Positions 13,705-26,705 of a stretch of 64,000 bases of DNA are shown piece by piece; the stretch's first letter is position 1; every line of letters begins with the position of its first letter. A program made the translations under genes and the position numbers. This DNA comes from Malacoraja senta. Taxonomy: Eukaryota. The stretch lies in contig CM075994.1 of the NCBI GenBank assembly GCA_038087875.1, forward strand, positions 7,876,001-7,940,000. The letters are read 5' to 3'. The notes under the pieces were generated by a model. It had not been told where the DNA came from. It searched no databases and worked only from the letters and a program-made list of their open reading frames with translations.

Positions 13705-14515
13705 CCAGCAGGAACAACCTTCTCCTAAATGTGGACAAAACCAAGGAGATTGTCGTCGACTTCAGAAAGAAAAATCAGCCCAGTCACACTCCGCAGTGGA
13801 GCAGGTGAAAAGCATCAAGTTCCTGGAGTGCATATAACGGATACCTTAACTTGGACTACAAACATCACATCTCTGGTAAAACGGGCACAGCAGCGTTTGT
13901 ACTTCCTCCGCAGGATGAGGAGATCACACCTCCACCCTCCAATCCTCACCACATTCTACAGAAGCACCATTGAATCAGTCATGACCAGCTGCATCTCTAT
14001 GTGGTGCGGCGGCTGTACAGCTGCGGACTGGAAGTGCCTTCAGAGAGTGGTGAGGACAGCGGAAAAAATCATTGGGACTCCTCTTCCTTCCATCATGGAC
14101 ATTGGTTACAAACGCTGTCTGACAAGAGCTAAGGGCATTACCAGAGCCCCCACACACCCACAAATATGGACTGTTTACACTGCTGAACTCTGGGAGGAGG
14201 GTACCGCAGCATGAAGAGCGGACAACCAGCTTCTGCAACAGCTTCATCCCCCAGGCCATAAGACTATTGAACTCACAATCAAACCGATGCTAGAACTTTC
14301 TTATACATTGCCACTTTTAAATACTTTCCTTTTTTAACTATGCACATGCAGCATTTTTTAAGGACACACTAAGCACTTCTACTGATCGCCTGATATAAAT
14401 GTTATATTCTGCTGCTACTTTGAAGAGTCAATGCAACAAAATTTCATTCAATGTGCACTGTGTCTATGTGTATACCTGAATGACAATTAAAGTTATATTC
14501 CTTCATTCATTCATT
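13705..14515 (+). mobile_element. Rex1/Babar-type LINE 3' fragment
   Basis: LTWTTNITSLVKRAQQRLYFLRR...FYRSTIESV...LQRVVRTAEKIIG; (TTCA)n tail. Confidence 0.85.
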
Positions 14516-14767
14516 GTAAGAGTTAATGCGGTAGCCGCCATTTTATTTAGTTTCTTTCAGCCTGCAACCGCCATTTTAAGTCAAAGATGCTGGTATATTG
14601 TAAAACAGGCTTTTGCAGTATCTCTGCAGCTCGACCATCGTGGCTGTAGAGATAGACAGGTAAAAAATTGCTCCTCAGCTTTTTAGACATGCCAATGTCA
14701 AGGCCAGCTTCCTTATCACACAATGGGGCCTTATTGCTATAGCAGCTGCTTGTCCTCCTTAATCACT

Positions 14768-15250
14768 CAATAGACAATAGACAATAGACAACAGGTGCAC
14801 GAGCAGGCCATTCGGCCCTTCGAGCCAGCACCGCCATTCAATGTGATCACGGCTGATCATCCCCAATCAGTACCCTCCGTTCCTGCCTTCTCCCCATATC
14901 CCCTGACTCCGCTATTTTTAAGAGCCCTATCTAGGCCTCTCTTGAAAGCATCCAGAGAACCGGCCTCCACCGCCCTCTGAAGCAGAGAATTCCACAGACT
15001 CACCACTCTCTGTGAGAAAAAGTGTTTCCTCGATTCCGTTCTAAATGGCTTACGACTTATTCTTAAACTGTGGCCCCTGGTTCTGTAACCTTGTAAACCT
15101 ATGCCGCACGCCCCTCAATAGCAAGAATGTCCTTCCTCAAATTAGGGGACCAAAACTGCACACAATACTCCAGGTGTGGTCTCACTAGGGCTCTGTACAA
15201 CTGCAGAAATACATCTTTGCTCCTATATTCGATTCCTCTTGTTATAAAGG
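14768..15250 (-). mobile_element. CR1 LINE fragments
   Basis: CR1 tail plus reverse-strand [19 protein letters not shown] coding sequence. Confidence 0.85.
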
Positions 15251-16616
15251 CTCATGTTTGCCTCCCTAAACTCCCATGCACAATTAAAGGAACCCTATTC
15301 TTTTATGTATCTAATGGAAAATTACTAACATGTGCTTTGGACTGTATAAGTATGTTTGTACTCTGTATTCTCTGAGAGGACAACAGCAGGCGCTGGAGTG
15401 AGTTTCGGTACACTCAGGCATTCTCTCCCACCATGGTGAATCTAGTAAAGAACTTTGATTAAGACTTGTGTCTTTTGAATTTTTTTTAATACTTTAACTC
15501 TAGGAGACTCTCACACCATCACAGTGAGGAATGTGGAGGAGTCACTGTGGTGGACATGTTAAAATGTATTTTGTGTGTCCGTTGCTTTTTATTGATATGA
15601 CTGTACGGCAAATCAAATTCCCCGTATGTTACAAAATATACTTGGCTCATAAAGTATGATTATGTTTATGATTGTGAGAACAGCGAACGGTACAACACAG
15701 CAACAGGCCCTTCGGCCCACAATATTCATGCTCAAGCTCAACTAGAATTTTCTCCGATATCTCCGGTTCCCCCCCCCCCCCGCCCCCCCACACTCCATAG
15801 ACGTACAGGCTTACGTCTTTGCGAGCGCGCGCCAGGGCTCTAACACCAAGACCCGGTGCGCGACCTTGCATCACCCCGGCGTGGCTTTAATGGCTGCGGG
15901 ACAATCACCATCGCCCGCCGGGGGCTTTGACTTTGACTCTGACATCGGGGGGGGGGGGAGTGCAGTGGAGAGATACGTTTTTTTTGCCTTCCATCACAGC
16001 GCTGTGATGGATGTATGTGTAAATTGTGTTGTGTCTCGGGTCTTCTTTCGTTTTGTATTGTATGGCTGCAGAAACGACATTTCGTTTGGACCTCAAGGGG
16101 TCCAAATGACAAATTTGTCCAAAAAGACAAATAAATTGAATTGAATTGAATACAGGTTAATCGGCTTGGTATCAATGTTAAATTGTCCCTAGTGTGTGTA
16201 GGATAGTGTTAGTTTAGTTTAGTTTAGTTAACAGCGCGGAAACAGTCCCTTCGGCCCATCAGGGCCGCGCCCGACCAGCGATTCCCCTACACTAACACTA
16301 TCTTACACCCACTAGAGACAATTTTTACATTCACCAAGCTAATTATCTTACAAACCTGTAAGTCTTTGGAGTGTGGGAGGAAACCGAAGATCTTGGAAAA
16401 AAACCATGCAGGTCACGGGGAGAACGTGCAAACTCCATACAGACAGCACCCGTAGTCGGGTGGAACCCGGGTTTCCGGTGCTGCATTTCGCTGTAAAGCA
16501 ACAACTTCATGCTGCGCCACCGGCGCGGACTCAGTGGGCCGAAGGGCCTGTTTCGCGCTGCGTCTTAATCTAAAAGAGATAACTGAACTTGTGGCCTGCG
16601 GACGGTTCGGACTTAC

Positions 16617-16703
16617 GTGGCCGTGACGGTGAACGAGAATGTTTCCTCGTCACCAGGTAAAACATCTCGGTCGCTCGCACTTTCACTTCGAACCTGGGCA
16701 GGA
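16617..16703 (-). CDS. C4: Complement C4-like exon 7 (VLPRFEVKVRATEMFYLV-x-EETFSFTVTAT), apparent 1-nt deletion near 16649
   Basis: cctcttctAG / gtaagt; VLPxFEV signature; 87 nt where a phase 1->2 exon needs 88. Confidence 0.85.
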
Positions 16704-18207
16704 CTAGAAGAGGAAGGATTACACGCCTGCCGATGCAGGAAATATTCACCGCTGCTCCGTATCAAAGTTCACAGGTTCACAGGTTTTCAGGATAGTATAA
16801 GGGCCATTTGGCCCATCGAGCCCACTCCGCCATTCAGTCATGGCTCATCTCCCCCTCCTCATCCCATTTTCCTCCCTTCTCCCCGCACCCTTGACACCCG
16901 CTCCAATCAAGAACTTTGCTGTAGGAAGGAACTGCAGATGCTGGCTTACAGCGATGATAGACACAAAATGCTGGAGTAACTCAGCGGGGACGGGCAGCAT
17001 CTCTGGAGAGAAGGGATGGGTGACGTATCAGGTCGAGACCCTTCTTCACACTGGTTCTGGGATAAGGGAAATGAGAGGTACAGACGATGATGTGGAGAGA
17101 TAAAGAACAATGAATAAAAGATATGCAAAAAAATAATGATAATAGACAATAGGTGCAGGAGGAGGCCATTCGGCCCTTCGAGCCAGCACCGCCATTCACT
17201 GTGATCATGGCTGATCATCCACAACCAGTACCCCCCGTTCCTGCCTTCTCCCCATATCCCTTCACTCCTCTATCTTCAAGAGATGTATCTAACTCTCTCT
17301 TGAAAGCCTCCAGAAAATTGGCCTCCAATGATCCCAGGAAATAGGCGATCCCAGGAAATCGCACCAGCTTCTCGTTTTCACCCAACAAACAGCTGACAAT
17401 GGCCTGTTTCCTTTCTCATCCTTACTTTTTCACATATCTTTCATCATTGTTCTTTATCTCTCTACATCACCGTCTATATCTCTTGTTTCCCTTATCCCTA
17501 ACCAGTCTGAAGAAGGGTCTCGACCCGAAACATCACCCGTTCCTTCTCTTCCAGAGATGCTGCCTGTCCCGCTGAGTTCCTCCAGCATTTTGTGTCTACC
17601 TTCGATTTAAACCCAGCATCTGCAGTTCCTTCCTACACATTGCGTCTGCAGCATGACCTCCCAACCTCTATAATGGGGAATGGGAGGTCACCACAGTTCA
17701 CAGTTCTCTGGTCATTTTCAAAACGCGGTAAATATTTACAAAGCCCAAATAAATAAACAGCAGCAGATTATCTGGCACAGTATTTTACACGTCACGTCTA
17801 TGATTGGTAGATAAGATGTCATTCGTGCAAAAATAAATTGCTGCCCTGGAATAAAAGCAAAACTAAAATTCCTGGACATGGAATAAAAACATAGAAACAC
17901 AGGAAAATAGGTGCAGGAGTAGGGCCATTCAGCCCTTCGAGCCAGTACCACCCATTCAATATGATCATCCACAATCAGTCCCCCATTCCTGCTTTCTCCC
18001 CATATCCCTTGATTCCGTTAGCCCCAAGAACTAATGAAAACATCCATTGATTGGCCTCCACTGCCTTCTGTGGCAGAGAATTCCACAGATTCACAACTCT
18101 CTGGGTGAAAACGTTTTTCCTCATCTCAGTCCTAAATGGCCTACCCCTTATTCTTACACTGCCCGACTGACACTCAACAGCAAAAAGCAAAGTGCTGGAG
18201 GAACTTT

Positions 18208-20913
18208 TTTTTTTTTTCTTTTTTTTTTTTTAATTTTTATTTATTAGAAGTACATTACATTACAACCACATACATTAATACTCGTCATTTGTATCTTCTT
18301 ACAATTAATGTACTCCCTTTATTTATTTTTTTTACACTAGAAAAGGAAAAGATTGAGAGAAAGAAGAAAGTGAAGGAAAAAGTGAAAGTGTAGAAAAGTG
18401 TAGAAAATGTAACAACAAAAAAGGACGAAGACCCTATAAGAGCGAAATTAAAAACAACAACAAAAAAAAGAGTTGAGATAGGCCCTAGGAAAAAAAAGAG
18501 AAAGAGAGGAAAAAAAAAAGAAAAAACAAATATTTTTTTTTGAGTATTACGTAAATAGGACATACCAACTCTTCAACTATCATCCCCCCTTACTTGACCT
18601 CAATTTTTTTTTTTTTTTTAAAGTACTTTTGCACCCCTATGTTTGTAATAATTCTATAAATGCCAGACCACGTCAGGTGGAAGTGATCTGGTTTACCTGC
18701 TAGGAGGAGTCTTATCTCTTCTAGGTGTAATGTTTCAAACATATTTGAAATCCACATATTTATAGTTGGTATTGGAGCCTTCTTCCAAAATTTTAGAATT
18801 AGCTTTTTCCAGTTATTAACCCATAGTCCATTAATTTCTTTTGAAACACATTTAGTTCTGGATCATCTTCCGTTATTCCGAAGATAATCCATTCTGCTTT
18901 GGGGTATGTCTTGTTTTAAATAACTTTGTAAAGATTTCAAAAATTTCATTCCAAAATTTTTGAATTTTTGTACAGAAGACGAATGAGTGCGCTATAGTAG
19001 CTTCTTGGGATTGACATTTATCACAAATAGATGATACGTTTGGGAAAATTTTATGAATTTTAGTTTTCGAATAATATAATCTATGTAAAATTTTAAATTG
19101 TATTAAAGTGTGTCTTACATTACTCGAGCATTTATGCACGTTTAATAAGTATTCATTCCAACTTTCCTTTGAAATTTTAATAGCTAACTCTTGTTCCCCA
19201 GTCTCTTCTGATACCCTCCGTAGGTGGTATTTGTACATTTAAAATAATATTATACAAATATGATATTAAGTTTGCTGATTCCGCTTTTATCTGCATTGCC
19301 TCGTCAATACATCTACTGGGTTATTATAATGATCTTTTGTATATTTTTTCAAATAGTCGCATATTTGAAAATATTTAAAATATTGATTATTTCCGAGTTT
19401 ATATTTTATTTGTAATTGTTGAAATGAAAGTAATTTTCCAGTTTCATACAAGTCACCAAGCGTTTTAATTCCTAGTCTATCCCATTGTGTATAGCTTTAT
19501 CTATAATAGAAGGACTAAACAAAGGGTTATTGACTATAGGTAATAAAAGTGATAAATTTCTTAATTTTAAATTTTGTTTTATTTGTTTCCAAATACGGAT
19601 TGTACTATGAATAATTGGGTTCTTATTATAATTTATGTTATTCAGTTTCATTGGAGAGAGGAGGATCGCTCCAATGTTTCTAGAGGAGCAATCCTCTTTC
19701 TCCATTACAATCCAGTCTACTTGCTGGGCGGAGTTATCCATCAGTTGAATCATGTTTTTAATATTTACTGACCAATAATAATACATAAAATTAGGTAGTG
19801 CTAACCCCCCAATACTTTAGGTTTATTCAGATGAGTTTTTTGTATTCTATGTGATTTATAGTCCCATATAAAATTAGTGATATCTGAGTCGAGTTTTTTA
19901 AAAAACTTCTTAGGTAAGTATATAGGAATTGATAGAAATAGGTATAAAATTTGTGGTAAAAAGATCATTTTTATTGCGTTTATTCGGCCTATTAAAGACA
20001 TCGGGAGCGTTTTCCAGAATTTAATTAATGTATTTAGTTTATTAAGTAGGGGGTCAAATTTGCCCTGAACATACCTTGATATGTTCTGGTAATTTCGATT
20101 CCCAAATATTTAAATTTTTCTGTAGCTATTTTAAAAGGGAATTTTAAAAGATGTGTTGAATCTTTCGGTTTTATTGACATAATTTCACTTTTATTCCAAT
20201 TTATTCTATATCCAGAAAAAGATCCAAAGTCTTCAATTAAATTTAATATATTTGGTATAGTGATTTGAGGTTTTGTTATGTACAGTAATATATCATCCGC
20301 GTATAAAGATATTTTATTATATGAGTCTTTAGTATTATATCCATGAATATCAGGGTGTATTCTAATTTTTTCTGCTAGCGGTTCAATAATGAGAGCAAAC
20401 AGCTGTTGGTGATAATGAGCATCCTTGTCTATTTCCCCTTGATAGTTGAAATTTCGAGATAATATGTTATTAGTTAGTATTCTAGCTGTAGGTTTGTTAT
20501 ATAGTAACTTAATCCATAAAATAAAATTCTCTCCCAGTTGAAATTTTTGTAATACTTTATCCATATAATTCCATTCTACTTGATCAAATGCTTTTTCAGC
20601 ATCCAGCGAAATAATTGATAATTCTTGATCTTCAGATTTGTGTGAGTGCATTATGTTGAGTAGACGTCTCATATTATTAGAAGAGTATCTCTTAGGGGAT
20701 AAAACCCTGTCTGGTCTGGGTTTATTAATTTACTAATGTATTTACTTAATCTTCTAGCTAATGTTTTCGCTAATATTTTTTGATCTGTGTTTAACAATGC
20801 TATAGCTCTATATGAACCAGGTTCTTCTAAATCTTTATTTTTCTTAGGTATTAATGTAATCGTTGATTCCGCTAATGTATCAGGTAGTAATCGTTGATTC
20901 CGCTAATGTATCA
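18208..20913 (-). mobile_element. 5'-truncated L1/Tx1-clade LINE with poly(A) tail and 14-bp TSD; frameshifted ORF2
   Basis: SLDAEKAFD, LYADDILLY, GYRINWNKS, FKYLGI, QFKILHRLY and CDKC motifs; poly-T at about 18205-18240; gctggaggaacttt at 18194-18207 and 20914-20927. Confidence 0.92.
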
Positions 20914-20969
20914 GCTGGAGGAACTTTGAAGCACTGGATTCCCGTGTCTGCAGAATCTTGTCTCTCAAG

Positions 20970-21682
20970 TCTCCCCTCTTCCCCCTCCCTTCTCCCCCCC
21001 TCCTCCTCCCCCATTCTCCCAACCTCTTGCACTTCCTCCCCCCTCTCTCCCTCCCTCTCCCCCTCCCTCCATCTCCCCATCCCCCTCCTCAAACACATCC
21101 CTACCCCCCTTCACCTCTCCCCTCCTTCCTTCCCCCCCTCTCAATCTCTCACCCGCCTGTCTCCCTACCCCACCCACCTCTTCTCTCCCACTCATCCCAA
21201 ACTCTCTCCCTCCCCCTTTTCCCCTCTTCCCTTCCCCCTCCCTTCAACCCCCTCTCCCTTCCTTCCTTCCCTCCCTTCCCTCTCCCTTCTCGCTCTCCCT
21301 CCCTCTCCCCCTCCCTCTCTCTCCTCTCCCCATTCTCCAACCTCTTGCATTTCCTCCTCCCTCTCCCCCTCTCTCCCCCCTCCCTCCCTCCTCCCTCTCT
21401 CCCCTTTCTCTCTCCCCATTCTCCCAAACTCTTGCATTTCCTCCCCCCTCTCTCCCCCTCACCCCCCCCTCTCCCCCTCTCTCCCCCTCTTCCCTTCTCT
21501 CCCCATTCTCCAACCTCTTGCATTTCCTATGCCCTCTCTCCCCCCTCCCCCCCCCTCCCTCTCCCCCTCTCTCCCCCTCTCTCCCCTCTCTCTCTCCCCC
21601 TCTGCCCTTCCTCTCCCCATTCTCCCAACCTCTTGCATTTCCTCCCCACTTCCCCCTCCCTCCCTCCCTCCCCTCCCCCCCA
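20970..21682. repeat. CT-rich low-complexity minisatellite (recurring cccattctcccaacctcttgcatttcctcc)
   Basis: About 5 copies of the unit in C/T-only sequence. Confidence 0.9.
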
Positions 21683-21710
21683 CCGGGCAAGGCTTCTGCA
21701 AACTACTCAC

Positions 21711-21792
21711 CAAACTCCTTCACCTCAAATTCTGCCGTGGCTTTCGACATGGGCGCTTCGGAAAACTCTGCTTCAATTCGCCAATACCGGGC
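21711..21792 (-). CDS. C4: Complement C4-like exon 6 (PG-x-WRIEAEFSEAPMSKATAEFEVKEF), apparent 1-nt deletion near 21785
   Basis: cttttgAG / gtgagt; matches human C4 PGTWKISARFS...TQFEVKKY; 82 nt where a phase 2->1 exon needs 83 (CCC GGT AT TGG). Confidence 0.85.
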
Positions 21793-21865
21793 CTCAAAAG
21801 AGAACAAGTTTAATTTAGTACACGTGACAACAAACAAAACCAAACGCTCGAATGTAATCATGTAT

Positions 21866-22401
21866 TAGGGTTGCCAACCTGTCCGTATTAGCCGGGACAT
21901 CCCGTATATTGGGCTAAATTGGTTTGTCCCGTACGGGACCGCCCTTGTCCCGTATTTGACTGCTACTACTTGTGTCGAGGGGACTGTCGGGTCAGAGCGC
22001 CGCGTCCGGCCCCGCCTCACCCGTCCGACGTAGTGAAGCCCATGGAGTGCAGCAGCAGCAGCAGCAGCAGCGCCTCGCCCGTGGACCCGTCGGTCGGCAG
22101 CCCGGCCAGCTGTTTGACCTTCGGACCTTCGCTTACCACCGACACCAACACCACCCCTCCCTTCTCATGGCCGAGTCGTCGGTTCATGAGTTGGATGGGG
22201 TGCCGGACTTTTCCCGCGGCCCCCCGGGGCCAAAACTCCTCAGCTGGCCCCGCTGGCTGGGCTTTGTGTGTAGTCCAGCACCCGGGCCAACTCATCATTC
22301 ACCCAGACACGGCCCAGTCGGTTAAGGAATTGCCGTGGGGAATTTGTCCCGTATTTTGACCTTTTGTCCCTTATTTGGGAGTGAGGACGTTGGCAACCCT
22401 A
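21866..22401. mobile_element. Non-autonomous hAT-type DNA transposon (MITE)
   Basis: TIR TAGGGTTGCCAAC...GTTGGCAACCCTA; 8-bp TSD tcatgtat/tcatgtgt; internal (CAG)n. Confidence 0.9.
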
Positions 22402-22696
22402 TCATGTGTAGTCTTTCCGCTGACTGGTTTGGCACCCAACAAAAAAGCTTTTTGCTGTACCTTGGATCTAAACAATAAACTAAACCAAACTAAACTAAAA
22501 ACTCCCCTCTCTCCATCCCTTCCCCTTCCCAGTTTTCCGACCAGTCTGACTGTCTCCGACTACATTTTATCAGTTTGCTTTGTTGTCACCTTCTCCAGCT
22601 AACTATTCTGCATTATCCTGGAACTCCATCCCCTTTGTCCTGTTTCACACCTTACCCTTCCTTATCTCTGTGTCTCCCTCTCCCCTGACTCTCAGT

Positions 22697-22724
22697 CTGA
22701 AGAAGGGTCTCGACCCGAAACGTC
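22697..22724 (+). ncRNA. Minimal type-I hammerhead ribozyme-like motif in a Penelope terminal repeat (best-preserved of about 20 copies)
   Basis: CTGAAGA-A-GGGTC-TC-GACCC-GAAA-C-GTC: catalytic boxes, stem II and palindromic ACGT stem III. Confidence 0.6.
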
Positions 22725-23229
22725 ACCCATTCCTTCTCTCCAGAGATGCTGCCTGTCCCGCTGAGTTACTCCAGCACTTTGTGTCTATCTTCGATTTAAA
22801 CCGGCATCTGCAGTTCCTTCCTAGACTAAAAACGCGTCGTTTTTTTAGTTATTAGTTTAGAGATACAGCGCGGAAACAGGCCCTTCGGCCCACCATGTCC
22901 GCACCGACCAGCGATCTCCGCACACTAACCTCTACCCTACACCCACTAGGGACAATTTACATTTACACCAAGCCAATTAACCTACAAACCTGCACGTCTT
23001 TGGAGTGCGGGAGGAAACCGAAGATCTCGGGAGAAAACCCACGCAGGTCACGGGAGAACGTACAAACTCCGTACAGACAGCGCCCGTAGTTGGGATCTGC
23101 CGCCGTACCGCTGCACCACTGTGCCACTTCCAGTGTCTCTGGAGGACGTAGGTAGGCGAGGTCTTTGAAGGGTCCCGACCCTGAAACGTCACCTTATTCT
23201 TATGTCCATGTTCCCCAGAGATGCTGGCT

Positions 23230-23745
23230 CTGGAGAGGGTCCAGAGGAGGTCTACAAGAATGATCCCAGGAATGAGTGGGTTAACCAATGATGAGCGTTT
23301 GTCGGCACTGGGCCTGTACTCGCTGGAGTTTAGAAGGATGAAGGGGGTGCCTCATTGAAACATAGAAACATAGAAACATAGAGAATAGCATTGAAACGTA
23401 CAGAATAGTGAAAGGCCTGGATAGAGTGGATGTGGAGAGGATGTTTCCACTGGTGGGAGAGTCTAGGATTAGAGATCACAGGACATTATTTTAGTAAGAA
23501 GATGAGGAGTTGCTTTAGTCAGAGGGTGGTGAATCTGTGGAATTCTTTGCCACAGAAGGCTGTGGAGACCAAGTCAGTGGATATATTTTAGGCAGAGTTA
23601 GATAGTTTCTTGATTAGTACGGGTGTCAGGGTTTATGGGGAGAAGGCAGGAGAATGGGGTTAGGAGGGAGGGATAGATCAGCCATGATTGAAGGGCGGAG
23701 TAGACTTGATGGGCCGAATGGCCTAATTCTGCTCCTATCACTTAT
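23230..23745 (+). mobile_element. CR1 LINE 3' fragment
   Basis: LERVQRR, GLYSLEF and QRVVNLWNSLP coding sequence plus tail. Confidence 0.85.
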
Positions 23746-23903
23746 AATCTCATAATGCTGCCTGACGCGCTGAGTTACTCCAGCATAATGTGTCTTTCCC
23801 TTACAGTGTAACTGCTTTAACTCCACAGACGGGCCCCTCTCTCTACTCAATGACCTGTTGAATACGTTATGGAACCAGGACATGCATAGCATGGTCAACT
23901 TAC

Positions 23904-23989
23904 TGCTCGTTATCTGGGATTTTGGTCCGATGGGACTTGATATTCCCGGACATCTGCTCAAATGTCATGAGCTCCATGTTTCTGGAATT
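23904..23989 (-). CDS. C4: Complement C4-like exon 5 (NSRNMELMTFEQMSGNIKSHRTKIPDNEQ)
   Basis: 86 nt, cccctcAG / gtaagt, phase 0->2; NS...IPD pattern as in human C4 NSHGL...VIPDISE. Confidence 0.85.
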
Positions 23990-24334
23990 CTGAGGGGACA
24001 AAGTTTGCAGCTTAAGTTTCACACTACACAAACACAGGCGGCAATGCACGGTGGCCCTGCGGTAGAGTTGCTGCCTCACAGCGCCAGAGACCCGGGTTCC
24101 ATCCTGACCACGGGTGCTGTCTGTACGGAGTTTGCACGTTCTCCCCATGAACTGAGTGGGTTTTCTCCGGGTGCTCCGGTTTCCTCCCACACTCCAAAGA
24201 CGTGCAGGGTTGTAGGTTAATTGGCTTCAGTGTAAATGTGAATTGTCCCCAGTGTGTGTAGGATAGTGTTAGTGTGCGGGGATCGCTGGTCGGTGCAAAC
24301 TCGGTGGGCCGAAGGGCCTGTTTCCACGCTGTAT

Positions 24335-25563
24335 TTCTTTTTTTTTTTGAAAATATTTTTTATTGGAGATAAGTACACAACATATTAACATCATTACCCG
24401 TCTTACATTTTTGAATTGATAATATTGTCAATTATTATTACATTGTCTCCAATACCTTTTGCCTTTTTTGTTTTTTTAAACTAGATAGAACTAAAAAGGT
24501 AGATGAAGCAAAGAAAGAAAAGAGAGAGAAGAAAAGAGAGAGAAAGAAAAAAATAAAATAAAAATACAACAAAAAAAAGAAAACAGAAAAGAAAGATAGT
24601 TAAAGAAGAATGGAAAAATTTATTAAAATAAAAAACTTCATTCGAGATATATTCGTACATTTCAGAGTACAGCATTTCATCCATTCTTTAGCCCGAGTGT
24701 TAGTCAGGTTCCTGTGCTGAACTATTCCGACCCTTTAAATAATCAATAAAGGGAGACCATGTTCCAACGAATAATTCCTGTTTGTCTAACAGGGAAAATC
24801 TGATTCTTTCCACGTTTAAGGTCTCCGTCATTTCTATAATCCACATTTTGATTGTGGGGGTTATAGGGCCTTTCCAAAATTTTAGAATTAATTTTTTTCC
24901 CGTTATTATACTATAATCAATAAAGTTTCTTTGTGTTGTTGTAAATGTTTGATTTAATTCTAATGTTCCGAGTATTATTAATTTTGGATCCGGGTCCAAT
25001 TGTGTGCTGGTCACTTTAGATATTATACTGAAAATATTTACCCAGAATTTTTTAATTTTTGTACAGTTTGCAAACATATGAGATAAGTTAGCTTCTAAAT
25101 GTTGACATTTATCACATATAGGTGAGATATGTTGAAAGATTTTATGTAATTTTGTTTTTGAATAATGTAACCTATGTATTACTTTAAATTGTATTAAAGA
25201 ATGTCTGGCATTTAATGAACATTGATGTATGTGTTGTAAACTTTCTTCCCAAGTATCTTTCGTTATTATTTGATTTAATTCTTTTTCCCATGTTTGTCTG
25301 TGTAAGTCCGTCGATGGAAAGTCACTGTCTAATAAAATATTATATATATAAGATATTAATTTTTCTGTATTAGGATGTTTATTCCAACATTCATCAAGAA
25401 TTTCTGAATTTCTAATTCGAAAATTTTGAGTATTCGATTTTACATAATCTCTGAGTTGAAGATATCTGAAAAAATAATTTCCTCGAAGTCCATAAGTCTG
25501 TTGCAACTCCTGAAATGTCAGACATGTGCCTTCCTTGTAAAGTTGTCCCATATTTTTAATTCC
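24335..25563 (-). mobile_element. 5'-truncated L1/Tx1-clade LINE (ORF2 C-terminus open for about 285 codons)
   Basis: FFRYLQLRDY, LIQFKVIHRLHYS, CDKC...HMFANC zinc knuckle; poly-T at about 24338-24348. Confidence 0.92.
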
Positions 25564-26344
25564 AGACCCGGGTTCCATCCTGACCACGGGTGCTGTCTGT
25601 ACGGAGTTTGCACGTTCTCCCCATGACCTGAGTGGGTTTTCTCCGGGTGCTCCGGTTTCCTCCCACACTCCAAAGACGTGCAGGGTTGTAGGTTAATTGG
25701 CTTCAGTGTAAATGTGAATTGTCCCCAGTGTGTGTAGGATGGTGTTAGTGTGCGGGGATCGTTGGTCGGTGCGGACTCGGTGGGCCGAAGGGCCTGTTTC
25801 CACGCTGTATCTCTAAACTAGACTGAACTAAAACTAAGATACAGTTTGGAAACAGGCCCCTTCGGCCAACCGAGTCCGCGCCGACCAGCGATCCCCGCAC
25901 ATTAGCACTATCCTACGCAGACTAGGGACAGTTTTACATTGATGCCAAGCCAATTAGCCTACAAACCTGTACTTCTTTGGAGTGTGGGAGGAAACCGGAG
26001 ATCCTGGAGAAAACCCACGCAGGTCACGGGGAGAGTCGGCGCCGACCAGCGATCGCCCGTTCACAGTAGTTCTGCCCAACATACTGGGGGCAAGTTATGG
26101 AAGATTTAGGGGCAATGTTGGAGCTGTCTAGAGTTTAGCTTATTTTAGTTCAGACATACAGAGCGGAGACAGGGCCCTTCGACCCACTGAGTCCGTGCTA
26201 ACCAGCGATCACCCGATCACACACTAGTTCTATGTTAACCCACTTTCTCATCCACTCCCTACACACTAAGGGGGCAATTTACAGAGGGGCCGATTAACCC
26301 GCAAACCCGCACGTCTCCGCTGACTGGATAGCATGCAACAAAAT

Positions 26345-26705
26345 GTAGATAAAATCATGAGAGGAATAGATCGGGTAGATGCACAGAGTCTCTTGCAAAG
26401 AGTAGGGGAATCGAGGACCAGAGGTCACAGGTTCAAGGTGAACGGGAAAAGATTTAATAGGAATTAGAGTGGTAACATTTTCACACAAAGGGTGGTGGGT
26501 GTATGGAACGAGCTGCCAGAGGAGGTAGTTGAGGCTGAGACTATCCCAACGTTTAAGAAACTTGGGCAGCTACATGGATAGGACAGGTTTGGAGGGATAT
26601 GGGCCAAGCGCGGGCAGGTGGGACTAGTGTAGCTGGGGCATGTTGGCCGGTGTGGGCAAGATGGGCTGAAGGGCCTGTTTCCACACTGTATCACTCTTTG
26701 ACTCT
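26345..26705 (+). mobile_element. CR1 LINE 3' fragment (second subfamily)
   Basis: KIMRGIDRVDAQSL..GESRTRGHRFKV coding sequence plus tail; similar copies at 36110-36555, 47760-48210 and 53140-53410 (minus strand). Confidence 0.85.

Noticed and set aside
20863..21868. Pro/Ser/Leu-rich and Gly/Glu/Arg-rich ORFs
   Set aside because: CT low-complexity repeat; the only real coding part is C4 exon 6 on the minus strand
21919..22359. Poly-Gln/Ser/Ala ORFs (also 35232-35844) as host exons
   Set aside because: Lie inside a TIR- and TSD-bounded MITE present twice
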